From NCBI RefSeq assembly GCF_010671605.1, contig NZ_JAABOO010000003.1, positions 311,993 through 375,992 on the forward strand: DNA of 64,000 bases, in the 5' to 3' direction. Within the stretch, counting starts at the first letter, position 1. Every line of letters starts with the position of its first letter. This stretch comes from Leptobacterium flavescens. GTDB lineage: Bacteria > Bacteroidota > Bacteroidia > Flavobacteriales > Flavobacteriaceae. Both the position numbers and the translations under genes were made by a program. Shown here piece by piece: positions 22,220 through 32,806 of this stretch. The notes under the pieces were generated by a model. That model saw only the letters and a list, made by a program, of their open reading frames with translations. It did not search any database and had not been told where the DNA came from.

Positions 22220-24049
22220 TTAGCGTTTATTTAACCAGGCTCCCCTGTTGGAGCGCATTTTATCATTTACAGGGATATTGTCTTTTTCATAAAGAGCAAT
22301 CGTATAGGCCGGATCTTTACCCAGACTAACCGAGGTTTGTCTTTCTTTTCCGTGACGCGTAAACTTAATACTGATCTCATCTCCGGGTTTCATCCCTTCC
22401 AATAGTGAAGCAACAGTAGTGTTTTCATCTATGGTGGTGCCGTTTACTTCAAGAATGGTATCACCGTTTTCAAGACCGGCTTTATAAGCAGGGCTTCCTA
22501 TCTGAGGATTCCTTCTGATACGTCCGTTCCTGGTACTTGCACCGAGATAAGCTTTGGTGTCATCGGTTTTAAGCGAAACCCCCACATTCTCAAAAAAGCT
22601 TTTGTAATCCGGCATCTCACTTTTATGGATATAATTATTAAAGAAATTATCTCCGAATTCCTGGCCGGCGTATTCGTTCAGCACGGAATGAAGGTTATCT
22701 ATTGTATATGGGATCTCCTCTTTTCCGTAGGTATTCCATACTTTTTTCATATAATCATCCAGGTTGAGGTCTTTCCCTTCATTGCGCAATGCCAGATCGA
22801 GCGCCAATCCCAGAACACTTCCATAAGAATAGTAAGAGATAAAAGTATTCTCCCTGTTTACAGGGTCTACAGAGGTGGCTGCGTCTACAAAAGGAGCCTG
22901 ATAACTCATTTCTATAGGATTAAAAAAGCGGCGTGCAGGCGAATTCCAGACATAATTAAAAGTTCCTGCCAGGCCGTTAACATAGTTTTCCGGAGTAATA
23001 ATACCGGCACGGCATAAAATAAGACCGGTATAATAACTGGTAAAGCCTTCCGCAAACCATAACTCCCCACTCATATTGGCCTCTTCATAGTCAAATGGCT
23101 CCAAAGCCTGAGGCCTTATACGCTCTACATTCCAGGCATGGAAAAACTCATGGGAAACCGTTCCTATATTCCTGCTCATACCTCCGTCTGCAAGACTTCG
23201 GGTACTGGTTAATATGGTCGAGTTCCTGTGTTCCATCCCGTCTCCGGAAGCATTACCTATATAACATGCCAGGAAGGTGTATTCCCCGAAATCGAAATCC
23301 GGGAGTTCTCCGAATACTTCCTTTTGCTGTTTTACAATTTTCTTTACGTTCTCAAAATAAGCGTCCAGTTCCTCATCGGTACCGTTGTGATGCAATACAA
23401 ATCTGATATTGTAATCCTTGCCATTGGATGATTCCGTGAATTCACGCACACTGTGATTACTCACTTCGGTAGGGCTGTCCATAAAATAATGAAGGTTGGG
23501 CGCCCAATAGGTATTTCCTTCTAAATGCTTTAACTGAGTAGCCACTTTCCAGTTAAGATCATCCCTGGTATTAAAGGTAACTTTAACAGGGCGGTCTCCC
23601 AGGCCTCTGGCAAACATAAAAGTTGCCGGAATATTAAGGTGGGCGTGGGTTTCATCTACCTGCGAGTAAGTTCCTCCTCCGCGATTGGCAAAGAGTGTAT
23701 AGCTTAGGTGAATGGTACCATCGTGTTCATTTACATCCCACTGATAGGGATCGGGTCTTTCAACTTTAAGCTCTTCTCCCTTGCTGTTCGTTACTTTCAG
23801 GTCGTATACATTTTTGGCAAATTCATGAAGTGCATATCTTCCGGGGGAAGTACGGCTCATTCTTAGCGAAACTTTACCGGGTTTAAGATCTGTAAAAGTT
23901 GCTTTTATCACCGCTTCGTGATGAACGGCATTCTCAAAAGAGATCTCATAGGAGATCTCCTGATCTTCAGTGTTTTTTTCAGGTTGATTGGCACATCCGA
24001 ATAAAAGAGATATAAAAAATACGGATGCAAGGGTTTTCGAGAGATTCAT
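22220..24049 (-). CDS. M61-family glycyl aminopeptidase with C-terminal PDZ domain (lipoprotein)
   Basis: Lipobox LLFGCANQ. HEFFHAWN…E zinc motif typical of M61. PDZ (GDTILEVNG). Confidence 0.75.
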   Translation of the reverse strand: MNLSKTLASVFFISLLFGCANQPEKNTEDQEISYEISFENAVHHEAVIKATFTDLKPGKVSLRMSRTSPGRYALHEFAKNVYDLKVTNSKGEELKVERPDPYQWDVNEHDGTIHLSYTLFANRGGGTYSQVDETHAHLNIPATFMFARGLGDRPVKVTFNTRDDLNWKVATQLKHLEGNTYWAPNLHYFMDSPTEVSNHSVREFTESSNGKDYNIRFVLHHNGTDEELDAYFENVKKIVKQQKEVFGELPDFDFGEYTFLACYIGNASGDGMEHRNSTILTSTRSLADGGMSRNIGTVSHEFFHAWNVERIRPQALEPFDYEEANMSGELWFAEGFTSYYTGLILCRAGIITPENYVNGLAGTFNYVWNSPARRFFNPIEMSYQAPFVDAATSVDPVNRENTFISYYSYGSVLGLALDLALRNEGKDLNLDDYMKKVWNTYGKEEIPYTIDNLHSVLNEYAGQEFGDNFFNNYIHKSEMPDYKSFFENVGVSLKTDDTKAYLGASTRNGRIRRNPQIGSPAYKAGLENGDTILEVNGTTIDENTTVASLLEGMKPGDEISIKFTRHGKERQTSVSLGKDPAYTIALYEKDNIPVNDKMRSNRGAWLNKR

Positions 24050-24124
24050 TTTTAAAAGGTTTTATCAAATGTAATTATTAATAAAGAAAAATGATAAAGA
24101 ACTCTTTCAAAAGATTGAAAACCA

Positions 24125-24334
24125 TTATTCTTCCGCTGAGAACTCCAGAATGTCGCCGGGCTGGCAGTCCAGTTCTCTGCAAATAGCTTCCAGGGTAGAG
24201 AAACGAATGGCCTTGGCCTTGCCCGATTTCAGGATGGAAAGATTAGCGGTAGTGATCCCTATCTTTTCGGCCAGCTCCTTACTTTTCATTTTTCGCCTGG
24301 CAAGCATTACATCGAGGTTGACAATAATAGGCAT
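24125..24334 (-). CDS. XRE-family helix-turn-helix transcriptional regulator (small)
   Basis: 69 aa. LSKELAEKIGITTANLSILKSGK HTH. Typical partner of DUF2975 membrane proteins. Confidence 0.8.
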   Translation of the reverse strand: MPIIVNLDVMLARRKMKSKELAEKIGITTANLSILKSGKAKAIRFSTLEAICRELDCQPGDILEFSAEE

Positions 24335-24337
24335 AGA

Positions 24338-24877
24338 TCAAATGGTTAAATCGTTTTCTTCCTGTAATTTCTGAGCTTTTTTAAAGATCTCCGCAAAGGC
24401 GTAAAATGCCAGGCCGCAGATAAACAAAAGGGTGTAGCTTTCATCAAATTTATAAAAGTGTTTGGCTATGTTCTTACTGTAAAAGATGAGATGAAATAAA
24501 GCTTTAAGCACAAAAACCGCTATGCAGTATAAGAGAAAGACACTTCCTGCCTTCCTGAAGGAATTAATAATGGAAGACGAAAAATACTTTTCCTTTTCAA
24601 AACTCCTGAAAATGGTAAACAAATAATACAATCCGAGGAGAAAATAGAATTTTAAAAGCAACAAGGTCCAGTAAATGGAGTTATAAGCGAATTCCAACCA
24701 TTGCTTGTCGCGTATATTGGCAATGCTTTCTTTCCCTTCATGTTCCTCTGCATTCCATACTTTTAAACCTTTCAGATGATCCAGGTTATAGTACCAGATA
24801 TCACTTAAAATAGCATTCAGAATGCTGAAAAACATAAATGCCAGAAGTATTTGCAGTATTAATGATTTGTTTTTCAT
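24338..24877 (-). CDS. DUF2975-like multi-TM membrane protein
   Basis: Four or five TM helices, 4 bp upstream of the small HTH gene in the same orientation. Confidence 0.55.
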   Translation of the reverse strand: MKNKSLILQILLAFMFFSILNAILSDIWYYNLDHLKGLKVWNAEEHEGKESIANIRDKQWLEFAYNSIYWTLLLLKFYFLLGLYYLFTIFRSFEKEKYFSSSIINSFRKAGSVFLLYCIAVFVLKALFHLIFYSKNIAKHFYKFDESYTLLFICGLAFYAFAEIFKKAQKLQEENDLTI

Positions 24878-24913
24878 GACTCAAAGAATTGTTTTTCAAG
24901 TCAAATATAATAA

Positions 24914-24934
24914 AATTATCGAAAAACGATAATT
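24914..24934. promoter_or_regulatory. Perfect 8-bp inverted repeat with 5-nt spacer (aattatcg aaaaa cgataatt) in the divergent DUF2975 / bioF promoter region
   Basis: Seen directly in the sequence. Operator-like dyad. Confidence 0.45.
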
Positions 24935-25019
24935 AATTATTAAAAAAGAATGTTTTTTGATTAGAGAACGTATTTAAGAATCACTCGAAAGAGATGGCAA
25001 ATTATTGTATTTTAGCCCT

Positions 25020-26183
25020 ATGGCAGGAGTTCCGGACAAGCTGATGGGCAAGCTTAATGCCCGTAAAGAGCAAAACGCATTCAGAAGTCTTTCGAAGGAG
25101 GAGATCGGGATCGATTTCTCCTCTAACGATTATATGGGTATTGCGGGATCGGCTTCTGTTTTTAACGATACTCACCAATACCTGATAGAAAAAAACATAA
25201 AAGTAAACGGGGCCACAGGTTCCCGCCTGCTTTCCGGAAACCACCTCCTTTACAGGGAAATTGAAGAGGAGATCGGTAGTTTCCACAGGGCAGAAGCAGC
25301 GCTTGTTTTTAATTCGGGTTATGATGCCAATATCGGATTCTTTTCTTCCGTTCCTCAAAAGGGAGATATTGTTTTATATGACGAGTTTATCCACGCTTCC
25401 ATCCGGGACGGTATCGGGATGTCGAATGCAAGATCCTATAAGTTTAAGCACAACGATATAAACGATCTTTCCGCTCTCCTCGAAAGGGTTAGAAGTGATA
25501 ATGGAGAACAGGATGTTTTTGTAGTTACCGAATCTGTATTTTCTATGGACGGAGATACTCCCGACCTGTCTGCGTTTACAGCATTTTGTGAGGAACAAAA
25601 GCTGCATCTGATCATCGATGAAGCTCATGCTGTTGGGGTTTTTGGGGAGAAAGGCTGCGGGCTGATACAGGAACAGGGATTGGAAAATAAGGTCTTTGCC
25701 CGTATTATAACCTTCGGAAAAGCCCTGGGATGCCATGGGGCGGCTGTTCTGGGATCTGCAGAACTGAAGGAATATCTCGTAAACTTTGCGCGAAGCTTTA
25801 TTTACACAACTGCATTACCACCGCATTCTTTGGCAGCCATCCATACGGCTTATGCTTTTCTTTCTTCGGAAGAAGGAGAACAGAGGCGAAGAAAACTTGA
25901 GGAGAATATCAGATATTTCTGGGAGCAGCTGGAAAAACTCAAACTGGTTCCGGAATTCGTAGAAAGCACTTCCGCTATCCATTGTTGCGTAATTGGTGGA
26001 AATGAAAAAGTAAAGCGGATAGCAATGAAAATGCAGGAAGCGGGATTTGATGTAAAACCCATCCTGTCACCTACCGTTCCCCTGGGGATGGAACGCCTGA
26101 GGTTCTGCCTGCACGTCTATAATTCCAAAGAAGAAATAAAAGAAATTTTACTACTTTTAAAAGAATTAATAGAAGAAAGATGA
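25020..26183 (+). CDS. bioF: 8-amino-7-oxononanoate synthase (class II PLP aminotransferase)
   Basis: MAGVPDKLMGKLNARKEQNAFRSL… PLP-lysine region FGKALG. The ORF track uses a TTG at 25005, but the ATG at 25020 is more likely the start. Confidence 0.8.
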   Translation: MAGVPDKLMGKLNARKEQNAFRSLSKEEIGIDFSSNDYMGIAGSASVFNDTHQYLIEKNIKVNGATGSRLLSGNHLLYREIEEEIGSFHRAEAALVFNSGYDANIGFFSSVPQKGDIVLYDEFIHASIRDGIGMSNARSYKFKHNDINDLSALLERVRSDNGEQDVFVVTESVFSMDGDTPDLSAFTAFCEEQKLHLIIDEAHAVGVFGEKGCGLIQEQGLENKVFARIITFGKALGCHGAAVLGSAELKEYLVNFARSFIYTTALPPHSLAAIHTAYAFLSSEEGEQRRRKLEENIRYFWEQLEKLKLVPEFVESTSAIHCCVIGGNEKVKRIAMKMQEAGFDVKPILSPTVPLGMERLRFCLHVYNSKEEIKEILLLLKELIEER

Positions 26184-26560
26184 AAGATAGTTTTTACACC
26201 CTGGCCACTTTTGAGTATACGGCGGATGCCCAGATCTTAAAAGGGAAACTGGAATCCGAATCCATATACGTGTATCTGAAAGACGAGCATACCCTGGATT
26301 CAGACCCTTTAATAAGTAATGCTATCGGAGGGGTGAAGCTCCAGGTAAAGGATGAGGATAAGGAAAGGGCCATGGAGATCTACGAAAATATCAGGCAGTA
26401 TACCGAAGACCTGGAAGGGAATCCGATTGTCTGCGGAAATTGCGGAGAATCCAAAATGTTACCCTATCACAATACGCGAAATATATTTTACAAATTGTTC
26501 CCTTTTTTCGAAAGACGAAAGTACATTTGCACTCAGTGCAATCATGTAAACAGGAGTTGA
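26180..26560 (+). CDS. DUF2007-like putative signal-transducing protein with C-terminal 4-Cys zinc ribbon
   Basis: CGNCGE…CTQCNH. Start overlaps the bioF stop. bioD starts 2 nt after its stop, so the three genes look translationally coupled. Confidence 0.4.
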   Translation: MKDSFYTLATFEYTADAQILKGKLESESIYVYLKDEHTLDSDPLISNAIGGVKLQVKDEDKERAMEIYENIRQYTEDLEGNPIVCGNCGESKMLPYHNTRNIFYKLFPFFERRKYICTQCNHVNRS

Positions 26561-26561
26561 G

Positions 26562-27182
26562 TTGAGAAAAAAGATCTTTATAACCGGGATATCAACAGAA
26601 GTAGGAAAAACGGTAGTTTCGGCAATTGTAACCGAGGCTCTTAATGCAGATTACTGGAAACCGGTACAGGCGGGAGAACTGGATTTTGCCGATAAGCATA
26701 AGGTGGAAAAACTTATTTCCAACAACCGGAGCAGGATCCACCCCAACAGCTATGCCCTCCACACCCCGATGAGTCCGCATGCCGCGGCAGAAATAGACGG
26801 AATAGAGATAAAGACTGGAGAGATCGTAGAACCTTCAACCGATAATCACCTGGTTATTGAAGGAGCAGGAGGTTTGCTTGTTCCTCTGAACAACACCCAG
26901 ACCATTCTGGATCTGATCAAACCGGACTATAAGGTCATTGTAGTATCCCGCCATTATCTGGGAAGTATAAACCACAGCTTACTGACCATTAAACTTTTAA
27001 AGGAAAAAGGCTTTGATGTTTCCGTGATCTTTAGCGGTGACGAACACCCTACTACGGAGGCGATCATTAAAAGCATGGGAGGAGTAAAGATACTCGGACG
27101 GATAGATGAGGAAAAAGAATTTACCAGGGAAGTGATCGGGAAGTATGCCCGGATATTCAAACCGGAGCTCGAAAAACTATAA
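26562..27182 (+). CDS. bioD: Dethiobiotin synthase (ATP-dependent)
   Basis: P-loop ITGISTEVGKT. ...EGAGGLLVP. TTG start. Confidence 0.85.
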   Translation: MRKKIFITGISTEVGKTVVSAIVTEALNADYWKPVQAGELDFADKHKVEKLISNNRSRIHPNSYALHTPMSPHAAAEIDGIEIKTGEIVEPSTDNHLVIEGAGGLLVPLNNTQTILDLIKPDYKVIVVSRHYLGSINHSLLTIKLLKEKGFDVSVIFSGDEHPTTEAIIKSMGGVKILGRIDEEKEFTREVIGKYARIFKPELEKL

Positions 27183-27225
27183 AGGGACATTCCTGCCCCC
27201 TTATTTACGGTGTTAAAAAATTATG

Positions 27226-27627
27226 TTATAGATTACCGCCTCCCCAGAAAATACTGTATTTTTCACAATGAATAAGCAGCGAGGTATAATCATCAATATT
27301 GATGTTAGACGGTATTTTGTATGATTGCCCACCTTTAGGGCTCTTTAGTTTTGCTACAAAAACAGCATCTTTTGTCGCATTTTTTCCGTTAACCGATGAG
27401 GCCTGTTTCTTGGACAGAAAGAGCTTTAGATCCGGTGCCTTTTTGGTCTTGAAGTCATCGCTCAAAACAATATAGGTACCATCCGATTTTTTAGTGATCT
27501 CCCAGCTTCCGCTGATAGATTTATTTTGTTTATCCCATTTTCCTTTTTTCAGGCTCTGCGAGAAAGCTCCCTGCGAAAGGAATAACATGAGGAATACAAG
27601 TGCTGAATATTTAAATAATTTCGTCAT
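27226..27627 (-). CDS. Secreted DM13-domain protein
   Basis: Signal peptide. ...GPDLKLFLSK…KGGQSYKIP…LIHCEKYSIFWGGGNL matches the DM13 pattern. Confidence 0.5.
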   Translation of the reverse strand: MTKLFKYSALVFLMLFLSQGAFSQSLKKGKWDKQNKSISGSWEITKKSDGTYIVLSDDFKTKKAPDLKLFLSKKQASSVNGKNATKDAVFVAKLKSPKGGQSYKIPSNINIDDYTSLLIHCEKYSIFWGGGNL

Positions 27628-27719
27628 TTTTATTTTTTTGTTTAAAATTTTGTTTTTAGTTGATTTAAGAGGTTAACAATTACAAAAAAAAGGGCATTTT
27701 TGCATAAAATTAACGGAAT

Positions 27720-28985
27720 ATGTCGCTCTCTCAAAGGGATAAAAAACATCTTTGGCATCCGCTTACCCAGCACAAAACGCATCCGGAAACCATTGCTATT
27801 GCAAAGGCAAAAGGCGCCTTACTTTACGATGAAAATGGAAAGGAATACATAGACGGAATTGCTTCCTGGTATACCTGTATGTACGGGCATTGCAACCCCT
27901 ATATCCTGGATAAGGTGCAAAAGCAGATGCAGGAACTGGATCAGGTGGTCTTTAGCGGGTTTACACACGAACCGGCAGTAAGATTATCGGAAGCCCTTAT
28001 GGAGATACTCCCGGAAAACCAGCAGAAACTTTTCTTTTCGGATAACGGTTCTACCTCTACCGAAATTGCCATTAAAATGGCGTTGCAATATCACTTTAAC
28101 CAGGGAAGGAAAAAGAATGTTATTGTGGCTTTTGAGGAAGGTTTTCACGGAGATACTTTCGGAGCGATGTCGGTTTCAGGCTTATCGGTCTATAACGGCC
28201 CTTTTGAAGATTTCTTTATCAGTGTGGAACGGATCCCGGTACCGGACGGGAACAATAATCAGGAAGTGCTTTCCCGCATGAAGGAGTTGATCTCCACCGA
28301 TAAAGTTGCAGGTTTTATTTATGAGCCCCTGGTACAGGGAGCTGCAGCTATGAAGATCCATGACAGAGAGGGGCTGAACGAGCTTATCGGGCTTTGCAGG
28401 GAGAACGATATTGTGGCTATTGCTGATGAGGTAATGACCGGATTCGGAAAGACCGGAACGAACTTTGCTTCCGATCATATGGTTCACCAGCCGGATATCA
28501 TCTGTATGTCCAAATCGCTTACCGCAGGACTGGTACCCATGGCGATTACCAGTTGTTCCATGAAGATCTACGAAGCTTTTTACAGCGATGAGATCGCCAA
28601 AGGGTTTTTTCATGGACATACCTATACCGCTAATCCGCTTGCATGTACTGCAGCCCTTGCAGGAATTGAATTGCTGAGGTCTGAAGGGATGCAGGAAAAT
28701 ATAAAACGGATCATTGCCTCACATGAGGAATTCGATAAGAGTATCAAAGATCATCCGAAAGTAGCATCAACCAGGCAAATAGGGATCATCTATGCATTAG
28801 ATCTGAACATAGAAATGGACCGCTACGGAAACCTGCGGGATAAATTATTTAAGCATTTTATGGAAGACGGCGTTTTTCTTCGCCCTTTGGGTAGTACCAT
28901 TTATATCCTGGCCCCTTATGTTATCAGTAAGGAACAATTAGATAAGGTATACGCCAGTATAAAAAGTGTGTTCTCTATTGTTTAA
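27720..28985 (+). CDS. bioA: Adenosylmethionine-8-amino-7-oxononanoate aminotransferase
   Basis: Class III aminotransferase. HLWHP start. PLP Lys in ICMSKSLTAG. Confidence 0.9.
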   Translation: MSLSQRDKKHLWHPLTQHKTHPETIAIAKAKGALLYDENGKEYIDGIASWYTCMYGHCNPYILDKVQKQMQELDQVVFSGFTHEPAVRLSEALMEILPENQQKLFFSDNGSTSTEIAIKMALQYHFNQGRKKNVIVAFEEGFHGDTFGAMSVSGLSVYNGPFEDFFISVERIPVPDGNNNQEVLSRMKELISTDKVAGFIYEPLVQGAAAMKIHDREGLNELIGLCRENDIVAIADEVMTGFGKTGTNFASDHMVHQPDIICMSKSLTAGLVPMAITSCSMKIYEAFYSDEIAKGFFHGHTYTANPLACTAALAGIELLRSEGMQENIKRIIASHEEFDKSIKDHPKVASTRQIGIIYALDLNIEMDRYGNLRDKLFKHFMEDGVFLRPLGSTIYILAPYVISKEQLDKVYASIKSVFSIV

Positions 28986-29434
28986 CGGTCCTCAAGAAGG
29001 TCGATCTTTTCATCTGTGCCTTCAATAAGAAGATGCATTGTCTCGTATGACCATTCTCCATCGGTCTTTTCCCCGACCACAATAAGTACAGCTTCTCCCT
29101 TAGGGCCCTTAACAGGTTGCCTGAGATTTACGGTACCATCGTTGTTGTTCAGGGACAGATTCCCCTGCATCAGTCCATTGGTCTCTACCGGATGTCCGAT
29201 AACTTCTTCTACCTGGACATTGGTGTTGAGCGCTGTAAAAGCATCGGTATAGGGAGTAGATTCTTTAAGCATGGAAGTCACCCCAAAGAATATAGAACCT
29301 ATAAACACAAAAAACAAAATAATAAGTGTAAGGCAGCCTCCGAGAGGAACAACCCACTTCCAGTTTCTTTTAAACCAGCTCTCTTTTCTTATTTGTTCTT
29401 CCATTGGTATTAGTTTTAGTTGAAAAAGGTTCAA
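28982..29434 (-). CDS. Small membrane-anchored protein (Coa1/Tim21-like fold?)
   Basis: Single N-terminal TM (WVVPLGGCLTLIILFFVFIG) then a soluble domain of about 100 aa. Confidence 0.35.
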   Translation of the reverse strand: MNLFQLKLIPMEEQIRKESWFKRNWKWVVPLGGCLTLIILFFVFIGSIFFGVTSMLKESTPYTDAFTALNTNVQVEEVIGHPVETNGLMQGNLSLNNNDGTVNLRQPVKGPKGEAVLIVVGEKTDGEWSYETMHLLIEGTDEKIDLLEDR

Positions 29435-29480
29435 AATGATATCCAGAACCTGTATTTTTGCCCCAAATTAAATAAAAAAG

Positions 29481-30638
29481 TTGAGTCTCGGTAATATATC
29501 TATAACGGCAATCGGATCTGTATCACCCCTGGGTACCTCTGAAAATGAGATATGGGAAAATTATCTGCATTCAGGACATTTTATTAAAAATGGAAAAGAC
29601 CATACCTGCACCGAACTGGTGGCAACCATTCGCGATACTGTAAAGGAAGAGGTAGAATCCCTGCGGAATTCAGATCAGAAATACAAAAACCTGGACGCTT
29701 CGGTTCTGTATGCTATCCTGGCTTCCAGAATAGCGCTCAACAAGGCCGGATGGACCAAAGAAGATGTATTCGGGATCAATATCGGATCTTCCAGAGGAGC
29801 AACCTCACTTTTTGAAAAATATTACGACGAGTTCCTGCTAAGGAAACGGGTAAGTACCTTAAGCTCCCCGACCACGACCCTCGGAAATATATCATCGTGG
29901 GTAGCTCATGATCTCCAGAGCTCAGGCCCGGAGATAAGCCATTCCATTACCTGTTCTACAGCCCTTCATGCCGTACTTAACGGAGCCGTATGGATACAGA
30001 GCGGAATATGCAATAAGTTTATGGCCGGTGGAAGCGAGGCATCGCTTACTCCTTTTACCATAGCACAAATGAAAGCTATGAAGATCTATGCAACCGAGGA
30101 GGATACATACCCCTGTAAAGCTTTCGATCTTGAAAAGACCAGGAATAGCATGGTGCTGGGCGAAGGTGCTGCCGTAGCCTGCCTGGAAAAAGGGATCAAG
30201 GAGAACGCGCTGGCGGTAATTGAAGGAATTGGCTATGCTACAGAACCCCTGGAGCACAATATTTCTATCTCCACCAACGCCGACTGTTTTCAGAAGTCGA
30301 TGAAGATGGCTCTCGGAGATATTTCCCCAGATGAAGTAGACGTTATTGTAATGCATGCCCCGGGTACTATAAAGGGCGATCTGTCTGAGTATAACGCGAT
30401 TAAAAAGGTGTTTTGTAACAAATTGCCTGCTTTGACTACTAATAAATGGAAAGTAGGTCATACCTTTGGCGCCTCAGGTATGCTCAGCATAGAACTCGCG
30501 GTTCTTATGCTTAAACACCAGACATTTATCGAAATCCCTCTTATTAACTCTCAGAACCCTCCGGAAAAAATTAACAGAGTACTCGTAAACGCGGTCGGTT
30601 TTGGCGGGAACGCTGTAAGTGTTTTGCTTTCCAAATAA
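29481..30638 (+). CDS. Beta-ketoacyl-ACP synthase I/II-like (FabB/FabF family) embedded in the biotin cluster
   Basis: Cys-His-His triad: TCSTALHAV (Cys), HAPGT (His), KVGHTFGASG (His). 385 aa, shorter than canonical FabF. Confidence 0.7.
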   Translation: MSLGNISITAIGSVSPLGTSENEIWENYLHSGHFIKNGKDHTCTELVATIRDTVKEEVESLRNSDQKYKNLDASVLYAILASRIALNKAGWTKEDVFGINIGSSRGATSLFEKYYDEFLLRKRVSTLSSPTTTLGNISSWVAHDLQSSGPEISHSITCSTALHAVLNGAVWIQSGICNKFMAGGSEASLTPFTIAQMKAMKIYATEEDTYPCKAFDLEKTRNSMVLGEGAAVACLEKGIKENALAVIEGIGYATEPLEHNISISTNADCFQKSMKMALGDISPDEVDVIVMHAPGTIKGDLSEYNAIKKVFCNKLPALTTNKWKVGHTFGASGMLSIELAVLMLKHQTFIEIPLINSQNPPEKINRVLVNAVGFGGNAVSVLLSK

Positions 30639-30703
30639 GTAAGAAATATATTGCATTTACTTCAAAAAGTTGCTATATTTCCATTCACTAACTAACTAAA
30701 TTT

Positions 30704-31285
30704 TTGCTCATGGAACAATGGTTTTCTGCACTATCTGTATTTGAAAAAGTTTATTGGGTTACCGCTCTTATTTCGTCGGCTATTTTTATCGTTCTGCTCA
30801 TCATTACACTTGTTGGTGGGGATATGGATGATATGGGAGATGTTGATGCTGAAATAGACGGGGATTCCGGGATTAATTTTCAGTTCCTTTCCTTTAAGAA
30901 CCTCATGGGGTTCTTTACAATTTTCGGTTGGGTCGGGATTGCCTGTATCGACAAAGGCCTGTCTACAGGGACCACTATCCTGGTCTCGGTTGTCTGTGGC
31001 CTGTTAATGATGGCTTCAATGGCAACCCTCTTCTATTACTTAAGCAAACTTACCAGCAGCGGGACCCTTAAACTCGCAAATGCTGTAAATGCTATCGGAG
31101 AGGTCTACCTTACCATAGGGGCTGAGCGCTCCGGAATGGGAAAGGTACAGATTAAGGTACAGGGAGGGCTTAGAGAACTGGATGCCCTTACCGATGAAAA
31201 GGAAGACCTTGTCATGGGAAATGTTATCAGGGTAAAAGAAGTTACCGATAACGGGATATTGATCGTTGAACAACTAAAAAAATAA
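30704..31285 (+). CDS. YqiJ/NfeD-like inner-membrane protein (OB-fold C-terminus)
   Basis: Acidic DMDDMGDVDAEIDGDSG loop between TM helices, C-terminal beta-rich domain. Precedes the flotillin gene as in yqiJ-yqiK. Confidence 0.55.
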   Translation: MLMEQWFSALSVFEKVYWVTALISSAIFIVLLIITLVGGDMDDMGDVDAEIDGDSGINFQFLSFKNLMGFFTIFGWVGIACIDKGLSTGTTILVSVVCGLLMMASMATLFYYLSKLTSSGTLKLANAVNAIGEVYLTIGAERSGMGKVQIKVQGGLRELDALTDEKEDLVMGNVIRVKEVTDNGILIVEQLKK

Positions 31286-31289
31286 TTAT

Positions 31290-32711
31290 ATGCTATTACT
31301 ACCATTACAACTGGGTGAAAGCGGGTCATTAATGGCCATCGGTTTTGCCATATTATTTTTCTTTATTATTATCATTTCTTTTATCCGGCGGTATAAAAGA
31401 TGTCCGTCAGACCGGATCCTTGTAGTTTACGGAAAAGTGGGTTCGGGAAATTCCGCTAAATGTATTCACGGGGGAGCGGCCTTTATCTGGCCTGTTATCC
31501 AGGACTATGAATTTCTGGACCTGACTCCTATTTCTATAGAAGTAGACCTTACCAATGCATTGAGTAAGCAAAATATACGTGTAAATGTACCCTCCCGATT
31601 TACTATCGGTATCTCTACGGAGCCCGGAGTTATGCAAAATGCAGCAGAGAGATTACTGGGGCTGGGATTACAGGAAGTACAGGAACTGGCAAAGGAAATT
31701 ATTTTCGGGCAGTTGCGTCTTGTAGTGGCCTCTATGGACATTGAAGAGATCAACGCCGACAGGGATAAATTCCTGAGCAATATTTCTTATTCTGTTGAAA
31801 CGGAATTGAAAAAAGTAGGGCTTAAGCTTATTAACGTAAACATCACCGATATCCACGACGAGTCAGGTTATATCGAAGCTCTTGGTAAGGAAGCGGCAGC
31901 TCACGCAATTAACGAAGCGCGTAAGTCGGTTGCCGAAAAGAACAGAGACGGTTCTATCGGAGAGGCGAATGCGGTTCAGGAACAGAGGACCCAGGTTGCA
32001 GCGGCAGATGCCAAGGCGGTAGAAGGAGAGAACGTTGCGAAAATAGACGTGGCAAATTCTAACTCTTTAAGGAGGCAGCGAGAGGCGGAGGCTGAAAGAA
32101 CGGCTATTGCTTCGGAAAAAGTCCAGAATGCAAAAGCACTGGAAGAAGCATATGCAGCAGAGCAGGAAGCTGAGAATGCAAGGGCCGAAAGGGTGAGGGC
32201 TTCTCAAAAAGCCGATATTGTAGTTCCCGCAGAAATAGATAAACGAAAAGTAGAGATCGATGCCGAAGCGGAAGCAGAAATGATCAGGAGAAGGGCAAAG
32301 GGTGAGGCCGATGCGATCCTTTTTAAAGCACAGGCAGAAGCCCAGGGATTGTATGAAGTATTGACCAAGCAGGCGGAAGGTCTGGATCAGATCGTTAAAG
32401 CTGCCGGTAACAACTCTAAGGATGCGGTTCTTTTACTGATTGCCGATAAACTTCCGGAACTGGTAAAAACCCAGGCGGAAGCAATCAAGAATATTAAGAT
32501 CGATAAGGTTACCGTTTGGGACGGAGGCCAGAATAAAGATGGGAAAACATCTACGGCCAATTTCCTTTCCGGGCTCTATCAGTCCGTACCACCTCTGCAG
32601 GAAATGTTCAATATGGCGGGAATGAACCTTCCGGAATATCTGAAAGGGAAGGATGAAGAGCCAATAGAAGTACAGAGTGATCAGGAAAAACAGGAAGAAT
32701 CTGAAGATTAA
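31290..32711 (+). CDS. Flotillin-family SPFH/band-7 protein (YqiK-like)
   Basis: N-terminal TM, SPFH domain, long Ala/Glu-rich coiled coil (EAEAERTAIASEKVQNAKALEEAYAAEQEAENARAERV…). Confidence 0.8.
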   Translation: MLLLPLQLGESGSLMAIGFAILFFFIIIISFIRRYKRCPSDRILVVYGKVGSGNSAKCIHGGAAFIWPVIQDYEFLDLTPISIEVDLTNALSKQNIRVNVPSRFTIGISTEPGVMQNAAERLLGLGLQEVQELAKEIIFGQLRLVVASMDIEEINADRDKFLSNISYSVETELKKVGLKLINVNITDIHDESGYIEALGKEAAAHAINEARKSVAEKNRDGSIGEANAVQEQRTQVAAADAKAVEGENVAKIDVANSNSLRRQREAEAERTAIASEKVQNAKALEEAYAAEQEAENARAERVRASQKADIVVPAEIDKRKVEIDAEAEAEMIRRRAKGEADAILFKAQAEAQGLYEVLTKQAEGLDQIVKAAGNNSKDAVLLLIADKLPELVKTQAEAIKNIKIDKVTVWDGGQNKDGKTSTANFLSGLYQSVPPLQEMFNMAGMNLPEYLKGKDEEPIEVQSDQEKQEESED

Positions 32712-32806
32712 TGGGAAATCCGCTGAAAAGCGGATTTTTTTATGATCTTAAAATAAGGCAAAGACAATTGGTTTTCCTATTTTTGACCCCAGAAGTTTTA
32801 GATATT

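Noticed and set aside
25005-25019. TTG start for bioF proposed by the ORF track
   Set aside because: An in-frame ATG at 25020 (MAGVPDKLMG…) gives a normal BioF N-terminus. The extra 5 codons are likely read-through of the promoter region.
32711-32806. Extended bioB start overlapping the flotillin stop (MGNPLKSGFF…)
   Set aside because: The N-terminal 32 aa have no counterpart in BioB. The ATG at 32807 precedes the conserved region and leaves a normal intergenic spacer, although a real overlap cannot be excluded without expression data.
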